NCBI GenBank assembly: GCA_965214095.1
Contig: OZ243938.1
Coordinates: 3,744,001 to 3,808,000, forward strand
DNA from: Candidatus Poribacteria bacterium
Lineage (GTDB): Bacteria; Poribacteria; WGA-4E; WGA-3G
Direction of reading: 5' to 3'
Length of the DNA stretch: 64,000 nt
Shown here: piece after piece, positions 57,458 to 64,000 of the stretch
How positions within the stretch are numbered: the stretch's first letter is position 1
Layout of the letters: each line of letters opens with the position of its first letter
Notes under the pieces: generated by a model
Told to the model about the DNA's origin: nothing
Seen by the model: only the letters and a program-made list of their open reading frames with translations
Database searches by the model: none
Position numbers and translations under genes: made by a program

Positions 57458-58177
57458 ATGGAAAAGAAAATTGAAAAGTGGAAAAAGTGGTTGAAACATA
57501 TCCGTGATGATGTTGAAATGCTCTCCGAACATCAGAAGATCTTCTCGGACATAAGAGAAATCGTAAGTGATAATCAATATCTCAAAGACCAGAAGGAGAA
57601 TCCATTTGTTAGATTCTTATGGAATACCTATGTCGGGAACACTGCAATCACATTGCGCAGACAAATCAAAAGACACCAAGATAACTCTCTTGTTCAACTG
57701 TTGTATGAAATAAGAAATGACCCCCAATTGCTATCAAGAAAGCATTTTGTGGCTTTATTTTCTTCCACTGAACGTGCTGTAGCAGATACCGTTTTTTCAC
57801 AGGAGTTCTCAGGATTAGATAAGGATCATATTAATCCAGAAGGAGTTGAAAACGATCTATATAAGATAAAAACACTTGGTAAAAAAGTTGAGGATGTCGC
57901 TGACAAGAGGGTCGATCATTACGACGTGCAACCACCGAAAAACGAGCCCAATTTAAGAGATGTGGATGAATGTATTGGCTACCTTGTAGAACTAACAAGA
58001 AAATACTGGTTCTTATTCACGGGTGAAAGGTTACAAAGTGACTTGCTATCTCTTTCTGATGATTGGCAAGAGATATTCCGAGAACCATGGATACCTACTG
58101 ATGACATGTCAAGTATTGATCCTACTGAGTGGTGGAACACTGAGGGGGACAAGGAGTGGGATGAATGGTCTCCGTGA
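57458..58177 (+). CDS. HEPN-like (AbiU2-type) protein with acidic Trp-rich C-terminal tail
   Basis: Helical protein with LRR...SL..LL and ADKRVDH (HEPN-like); tail DPTEWWNTEGDKEWDEWSP overlaps the pemK start. Confidence 0.6.
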   Translation: MEKKIEKWKKWLKHIRDDVEMLSEHQKIFSDIREIVSDNQYLKDQKENPFVRFLWNTYVGNTAITLRRQIKRHQDNSLVQLLYEIRNDPQLLSRKHFVALFSSTERAVADTVFSQEFSGLDKDHINPEGVENDLYKIKTLGKKVEDVADKRVDHYDVQPPKNEPNLRDVDECIGYLVELTRKYWFLFTGERLQSDLLSLSDDWQEIFREPWIPTDDMSSIDPTEWWNTEGDKEWDEWSP

Positions 58178-58499
58178 AACCAGCAGATGTCGTGATTGCT
58201 GATTTTCCGGGAGTCACAGGGGTTAAGAGACGTCCCGCTGTTGTTCTCTCTACAATAAATTACCATGCTTCCACAGAGACGTAATTCTTGGAGTTATTAC
58301 CACGAATTTGGCTGTTGCGACAACACCTACAGACCATGTAATTGCGGATTGGACAAGAGCAGGACTACGAAGACCGAGTGCGTTCAGAACATTCGTTGTG
58401 ACACTTCCACAGAGAGAACTGATAGTAGTAATTGGACACTTATCAGATTTGGACTGGACTGCTGTAGAAGAGTGTGTACGGAAAGCGATTGCAGTATGA
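58165..58499 (+). pseudogene. PemK/MazF family toxin, frameshifted
   Basis: MVSVKPADVVIADFPGVTGVKRRPAVVLS... stops at 58284; a second frame continues RDVILGVITT...DWTRAGLRRPS...IGHLS..DW. Confidence 0.82.
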
Positions 58500-58546
58500 G
58501 TATCTACAAACTAAATTGAATGAAAATTAGCATAGGTTTTCATGCT

Positions 58547-58654
58547 ATACCAATTCTGAAAGTTAAAGTCGCATTAGGATCTTTGTTAGTCATTGTAAAT
58601 GTAAATCGTGCAATGAATTGCGCGACTTAGAACCAGCTATTTCTATAATGGTAT
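58547..58654. mobile_element. ATACCA-ended MITE-like element containing REP family B
   Basis: ATACCAATTC ... GCAATGAATTGCGCGACT ... ATGGTAT. Confidence 0.6.
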
Positions 58655-58702
58655 GTTCTCAATTAAGAATAGTATTACTTAGAAACAATGAATTAAAACA
58701 CC

Positions 58703-60106
58703 ATGCCTGCAAACCAACCCAACATTCTCCTCATCATGTCTGATGAACATGCACCGATGTTTAGTGGACCTTATGGACATCCTCTTGTTCAAACACCACA
58801 CATGGATAGACTTGCCGATGATGGGGTAACCTTCACAAATGCCTACTGCAATTCTCCACTCTGCATGCCGTCTCGGATGTCTTTCATGACAGGACAATAT
58901 ATCCATCATATTGGTGCGTGGGACAATGCAGCTCCTTTGCGACCCGATGCTGTCACTTGGGCACATTTATTACGTGATGTTGGTTATGACGTTATGCTCT
59001 CAGGCAAACAGCATTTCGGCGGAATGGATCAGCTGCACGGGTTTCGTGCACAACTTGCACGAGACCTACATGCAGAAAGACAACACGGACTTACGGATTG
59101 GGACAAAGGCACACCGCCGGCTGCACGTCCTTGGCAAGGATTGGTACAAGCAGGACCTGGAACAACCACGGAGATTGAAGTTGATGACCTCGCAGAGGAA
59201 GCGGCACTCACATATCTCCGAGATTCAGCACGGCAGGAACAACCGTGGGCACTCAACGTATCGTTCATTGCACCCCATTTCCCTCTCGTTGTTCCGCAAC
59301 GTTTTTGGGATCTGTATCCACTTGATGAGATTGACCTCCCCAATATACCTGAAGGACACCTTGACAATCAGCATCCAGTCTATCAACGAATGCGTAGCAT
59401 GTTTGGTTGTGTCGATTTTCCGGTGGATTTGGTCCGACGTGCACGTGCAGGATATTATGGGTTGATCACCTATCTTGATGAGAAAATCGGCAATCTACTT
59501 CTAACACTTGAGGAGACAGGGCAGTTGGAGAATACCGTTGTCATCTATACCAGCGACCACGGTGAGATGAACGGTGAACACAGTATGTGGCGTAAATCAA
59601 ATTTTTATGAAGCATCGGCTCGGATTCCACTACAGATTATGTTTCCTGATGGGATATCCGTAGGTAAGCGAACGGATGAAGTTGTTTCACTTGTTGACCT
59701 GACGGCAACGTTGGTTGACATTGCTGGTGGACAGTCTATCGGCAATTTTGATGGCGATAGCCTGATTCCTTTGATAGAAGGCGATGCGACTGATTGGAAA
59801 GATTATGCATTCTCTGAGTATCTTGCGCACGGTGTCCAACGACCGATGGCTATGCTACGAAAGGGACGATACAAATTCAACTACAGTCTCGGTGATCCAC
59901 CAGAACTTTACGATATAAATGAAGATCCGGGTGAATTTCACAATCTTGCGAATGAACCGAAATATCAAGATGTCTGTAGTGAATTGGAAACGCAATTATT
60001 AGCAGAATGGGATCCCGTAGAAATAGAAAAACAGGTGCGTGAGAGTCAGAAGGCACGTATTCTCATTAATAGCGTCACTGATGGAAAATGGAGAAAACTT
60101 GTTTAA
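58703..60106 (+). CDS. Sulfatase (choline-sulfatase-like)
   Basis: NILLIMSDEH, CMPSR formylglycine motif, GKQH, SDHGEM. Confidence 0.93.
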   Translation: MPANQPNILLIMSDEHAPMFSGPYGHPLVQTPHMDRLADDGVTFTNAYCNSPLCMPSRMSFMTGQYIHHIGAWDNAAPLRPDAVTWAHLLRDVGYDVMLSGKQHFGGMDQLHGFRAQLARDLHAERQHGLTDWDKGTPPAARPWQGLVQAGPGTTTEIEVDDLAEEAALTYLRDSARQEQPWALNVSFIAPHFPLVVPQRFWDLYPLDEIDLPNIPEGHLDNQHPVYQRMRSMFGCVDFPVDLVRRARAGYYGLITYLDEKIGNLLLTLEETGQLENTVVIYTSDHGEMNGEHSMWRKSNFYEASARIPLQIMFPDGISVGKRTDEVVSLVDLTATLVDIAGGQSIGNFDGDSLIPLIEGDATDWKDYAFSEYLAHGVQRPMAMLRKGRYKFNYSLGDPPELYDINEDPGEFHNLANEPKYQDVCSELETQLLAEWDPVEIEKQVRESQKARILINSVTDGKWRKLV

Positions 60107-60133
60107 CTGACCGAATCATTAAAGGAATATTAT

Positions 60134-61552
60134 ATGGCATTATCAGAGAAACATCCAAACCTTATCTATGTTTTTGCAGATCAACTTCGTTATCAAGCAT
60201 GTGGCTATGCTGGAGATACGCGTGCGCACACACCGAACATTGATAAACTTGCTACAGAAGGTGTGGACTTCTGTAATGCAGTTTCTGGTAGTCCGATGTG
60301 TGCACCGTATCGTGCCTCACTCTTCACTGGGAAATATGCCAGTAGCACTGGTATGGCAATCAACGAACTCCGCATGAATCCGAACCATGATTGCTTTGGA
60401 CACGTTTTACACCGGAACGGATATCGGACAAGTTATATCGGCAAATGGCATCTATGGGCAAAGCAGTTGGGTAATCATCACGATCCTCAGAATTCGTATA
60501 TCCCACCTGGACCACATCGTCTCGGTTTTGATAGAGAATGGTCTGCATACAATTTTCATCACACCTATTTTGATACGTATTACCATAAAGACAGTCCAGA
60601 AAAGATTACGATTCCCGGTTATGAGCCAGATGGACAGACAGATTTAGCTATTGAATATCTACAACGGGCATCAAAGGAAGACGATCCATTTGCACTTTTC
60701 CTGTCAATCGGTACACCGCATGACCCTTGGACACAGAATAACGTTCCTGAAGAATACTATGAGACTTTCAGGGATATTGATTTTCCTTTACCACCTAACT
60801 ATAAAGAAGAAAACGATCCTTATGGTGATGCGTGGGCAATGATGAATATGAAAATGCGTGAAAACCTACCAGAATGGATGCGTGTCTATTATGCGATGAC
60901 GACTAACTTGGACTGGAATATCGGTAGATTGATGGGTGCTGTTGATGAACTCGGTTTGAGCGATGATACTATTTTCGTTTTCACATCTGATCATGGTGAG
61001 ATGTTCGGTGCACAGGGACGTAAGGCAAAAAACATCTTTTACGAAGAGGCAGTGCGTATCCCGTTTATTGTCCGATGGTCTAATCAAATTCCAGAAAGTC
61101 ATGTTGCTGATACATGCTTGAATACGCCTGATATTATGCCGACACTTCTGTCAATGATGCATCTGCCGATACCAGCAGATGTTGAGGGTTCAGATCTTAG
61201 TTCAGCTGCGTTTGCTCAACCATTTGATGAACCAGAGGCTGCATTTATGCAAGGTATGGGGTGTACTGCGAAATGGGAAGATGGACATGAATGGCGAGCA
61301 CTCCGATCAAAACAGTATACTTACGCTGTTCACCGTCCGGATGGACACGAGAAACTATTTGATAATGTGGCGGATCCATTCCAAACCCGTAATCTCATTG
61401 ATGAACCAACATCACAGACAGTCCGAGATGATTTCCGTGAGATGTTAAAGCAACGTATGGGTGCTCTGAACGATACTTTTGAGGCATGCACATGGTATCG
61501 GGATAATTGGACAGAAGATAGAGTTATTCTCAGAACAGCAACGTTGGGATAG
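60134..61552 (+). CDS. Sulfatase
   Basis: PNLIYVFADQ, CAPYR formylglycine motif, GKWH, PHDP, SDHGEM. Confidence 0.93.
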   Translation: MALSEKHPNLIYVFADQLRYQACGYAGDTRAHTPNIDKLATEGVDFCNAVSGSPMCAPYRASLFTGKYASSTGMAINELRMNPNHDCFGHVLHRNGYRTSYIGKWHLWAKQLGNHHDPQNSYIPPGPHRLGFDREWSAYNFHHTYFDTYYHKDSPEKITIPGYEPDGQTDLAIEYLQRASKEDDPFALFLSIGTPHDPWTQNNVPEEYYETFRDIDFPLPPNYKEENDPYGDAWAMMNMKMRENLPEWMRVYYAMTTNLDWNIGRLMGAVDELGLSDDTIFVFTSDHGEMFGAQGRKAKNIFYEEAVRIPFIVRWSNQIPESHVADTCLNTPDIMPTLLSMMHLPIPADVEGSDLSSAAFAQPFDEPEAAFMQGMGCTAKWEDGHEWRALRSKQYTYAVHRPDGHEKLFDNVADPFQTRNLIDEPTSQTVRDDFREMLKQRMGALNDTFEACTWYRDNWTEDRVILRTATLG

Positions 61553-61622
61553 TTCATCTATGTTTTCAATCATGTTTTTAATTACCCAATTTCACTGTGA
61601 AATCCATTTTTCCGAACATTTT

Positions 61623-61753
61623 ATACCATATCTAAGAATAAGACTTCATTATGAAATTATAGGTTCACCCTGAGATGAATGTAAGAGGCGCAATGAATTG
61701 CGCGACTACAAGCGTGTTTCTGGTTAATGAGAAGTGATAAATTAAAATGGAAT
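61623..61753. mobile_element. ATACCA-ended MITE-like element containing REP family B
   Basis: ATACCATATC left end; GAGGCGCAATGAATTGCGCGACTAC at 61685-61709; degenerate AAATGGAAT right end. Confidence 0.55.
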
Positions 61754-62718
61754 TAATACCACATTGACTTATCCACTACATTCAGTAGTGGTGTTCCTTC
61801 AGCGAAACGTCGTGCGTTTTCTAAAAACACTTCAAAATGACGTTCCGATATATTTTCTGCATCCTTGACTGCTATATGTGGTGTTATCAACACATTTGGC
61901 ATTTGCCACAACGGATTTTCTGCAGGCAAAGGTTCCATCTCAAATACATCTAAACCACACCCAGCAATAGTTCCCTGTTCAAGAGCTTCTATCAGATCAT
62001 CAAGTTTAGTTGTTTTACCCCTCCCAATGTTGATGAAGTATGCTGTGTTTTTCATTAGTGTGAAACGTTCTTTGTTCCACATTCCTTCGGTTTCCGGTGT
62101 ATGTGGTGTAGTTACTATGACAAAATCTGCAATTGGGATGAGTTTGTCTAAATCCGCGGGTTGATGTTTTTCCACAAAAGGCACGTCATATTCCCATCTA
62201 GCATCAATACCGATTACCTTCATGCCGAACTCTGTACAGAGACGTGCAGTTTCATGTCCGATTCCACCAACACCGACAATCACTGCAGTTGCCTTAGCAA
62301 GGTCAATGTATCCACTCTTTCTGGCATTGTTGTCCCAAATACCTTTGCTTTGTGCGTTCATATAGTAGGGTAATCCACGAGCAAGTGCAAGTACAAACAT
62401 CAGGATATGCTGTGCGATATGGTCATTGTAAATACCACGCATATTGCAGACAACTACCGGATGTTCAACTAATTCAGAATAATAGAAACCAGGGGATGGT
62501 CCGGCAGCAGGACTTTGTAACCATTGTAACTTTTTCGCGAAAGGTAGTTGTTCTGGTGATACCCAACCGTAAACAGCATCTGTATCGGGTAGATGTGTGT
62601 TAACCTCTTCATCTGTTTTCGGTAGGACAACGGTATATGTGGGTAGTTCGTCCTGAATATGTTCTGCCCATTTTTGTAATTCAGTGTTGTGTGGTGGCAT
62701 CATTAGCAGTTTTGGCAC
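61753..62718 (-). CDS. D-2-hydroxyacid dehydrogenase
   Basis: GVGGIG, PHTPET, NIGRG, LDVFE.EP, ITPHIA. Confidence 0.92.
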   Translation of the reverse strand: MPKLLMMPPHNTELQKWAEHIQDELPTYTVVLPKTDEEVNTHLPDTDAVYGWVSPEQLPFAKKLQWLQSPAAGPSPGFYYSELVEHPVVVCNMRGIYNDHIAQHILMFVLALARGLPYYMNAQSKGIWDNNARKSGYIDLAKATAVIVGVGGIGHETARLCTEFGMKVIGIDARWEYDVPFVEKHQPADLDKLIPIADFVIVTTPHTPETEGMWNKERFTLMKNTAYFINIGRGKTTKLDDLIEALEQGTIAGCGLDVFEMEPLPAENPLWQMPNVLITPHIAVKDAENISERHFEVFLENARRFAEGTPLLNVVDKSMWY

Positions 62719-62855
62719 GGATTCTTCCTCTGATGAAATTGATTATCACATTATCTTTATCATATCACGCCATGACATGTAAATCAAGGTATCTATGGCA
62801 ATGGGCATACAAATATTCATTGCATAGAATCCATAAAATATGATATGATAGGAAC

Positions 62856-64000
62856 ATGCATCCGAATGAACCAAGCACATTACAGGACGTTGAGAAATCT
62901 TCACCCCTTCGTTTTATTGTTGGTACGCTCCTCTTCGGTTCTATCCTCATTGTTCTTACATGTTATTGGATAATCTCAGCTGAGAACCGTGTTGTTTGGG
63001 AACTTACTGATTTTTCGATTTTTCCTACCGTTCTTTTTACCTTCTTTCTGTTGGCTGCTCTTGCCCCAATCCTGAGAAGAATATTAAAACGCGCTGCCCC
63101 TACGTCACGTGAACTTGCAATGACCTACATTATGGTTTCGGTGGCAACAGCTCTTGCTGGACACGACATCGTGCGGCAATTAGTGCCGATGATTGCTAAT
63201 GCAGGGTGGTTTGCTACACCAGAAAATGAATGGGCAGATATCTTCTTTCGCTTTCTACCAACGTGGTTGACAATTACTGATCGTAAGATATTACAAGGTT
63301 ATTTTGAAGCGGATGATTCATTTTGGCAGCCTCGTTATATGGAAGCATGGCTTTGGCCTATTGTCGCATGGAGTTTCTTGGTAATCGTTCTGCTCTTTAT
63401 GATGTTATGTATCAACATCATCATACGGAAACAGTGGATAGATCATGAGAAGTTGAGTTATCCATTGACAACACTTCCTGTTGAATTGCTTGGAAATACT
63501 TCTAATCTATTTCGTAACAAACTGATATGGCTTGGATTTGGGATTGCCTTTGGACTTGAGATCATGGCAGGTCTCAATTATCTTTTTCCTGTCATCCCTT
63601 CTTTGAAAATCAAGTATCTCCTATTTTTTGAAGATCGTCCTTGGAATGCAATGGGCCGTTTACCGATCTATGTATATCCATTTGCGATAGGACTTGGTTA
63701 TCTCATGCCGTTAGATTTAGCGTTGTCTTTCTGGGGATTTTACTTGTTCTGGGGCTTGCAGCGCGTTGCTTTTAGTGCCACGGGATGGACAACTGCTATC
63801 GGCTATCAAACAGAACAACGGACAGGTGCTTGGATCGGGATCGGACTACTTGCATTGGTAACAAGTAGGAGAGAAATATTAAGAGTCCTTGGTGGCGTTT
63901 TTTCATTCAGGTCAAAAGATGGTTTATATCAACTCGCTGTCTTTGGATTGATAATTGGCTTAGCAATTGTGTTAGTATTTTGGTATTTTGCGGGGTTATC
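62856..64000 (+). CDS. Multi-pass membrane protein, DUF6785-like (runs off the window end; not in the ORF track)
   Basis: Open frame from ATG 62856: MHPNEP...ELAMTYIMV...WFATPENEW...LPTWL...RKQWIDHEKLSYPL. Confidence 0.75.
   Translation, partial: MHPNEPSTLQDVEKSSPLRFIVGTLLFGSILIVLTCYWIISAENRVVWELTDFSIFPTVLFTFFLLAALAPILRRILKRAAPTSRELAMTYIMVSVATALAGHDIVRQLVPMIANAGWFATPENEWADIFFRFLPTWLTITDRKILQGYFEADDSFWQPRYMEAWLWPIVAWSFLVIVLLFMMLCINIIIRKQWIDHEKLSYPLTTLPVELLGNTSNLFRNKLIWLGFGIAFGLEIMAGLNYLFPVIPSLKIKYLLFFEDRPWNAMGRLPIYVYPFAIGLGYLMPLDLALSFWGFYLFWGLQRVAFSATGWTTAIGYQTEQRTGAWIGIGLLALVTSRREILRVLGGVFSFRSKDGLYQLAVFGLIIGLAIVLVFWYFAGL

Noticed and set aside
1-64000. Numerous 60-180 aa ORFs overlapping annotated genes, and possible tRNA/rRNA genes
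   Set aside because: They are shadow or antisense frames without motifs or SD; no tRNA or rRNA signature was recognised by eye.

Overview
A ~41-42% GC (estimated by eye) bacterial chromosomal window. Its gene families suggest Candidatus Poribacteria (inference): two PhyH dioxygenases, tandem sulfatases, LamG proteins ending in K-L/V-x-x-T-W-G-x-I/L-K, a NFPNPFNPETWIP-type C-terminal domain, a dockerin and a DUF6785-like membrane protein. Most of the window is metabolic or housekeeping: an ABC-2 exporter, S8 protease, moaDE, folB, waaA, trxA, a Tat-exported PaoABC-like molybdo-flavoenzyme, rpsU, rimI and sulfatases. The standout is an ~11.5 kb defence island (13.4-25.5 kb) led by a Type ISP restriction-modification gene. 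The last 26-38 codons of that gene recur twice downstream as diverged, stop-terminated orphan tails (22055-22135, 23480-23596) that share an invariant 17-mer. Each tail is followed by different candidate defence cargo: a 917-aa Zn-ribbon/PD-(D/E)XK protein, an AlbA_2/Schlafen-like protein, and a BrnT + DUF932 pair. This looks like a cassette stack anchored on the 3' end of the R-M gene. The island is bracketed by two related MITEs. Other notable items: several MITE families built around GTAG-type REP hairpins (one nested), a HEPN-like gene with an antitoxin-like tail overlapping a frameshifted mazF/pemK, three paralogous secreted proteins with different C-terminal modules, and a shared C-terminal TWGxxK motif. 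No tRNA, rRNA, CRISPR array, integrase, transposase or reverse transcriptase was recognised. All family assignments come from motif reading, not database searches.
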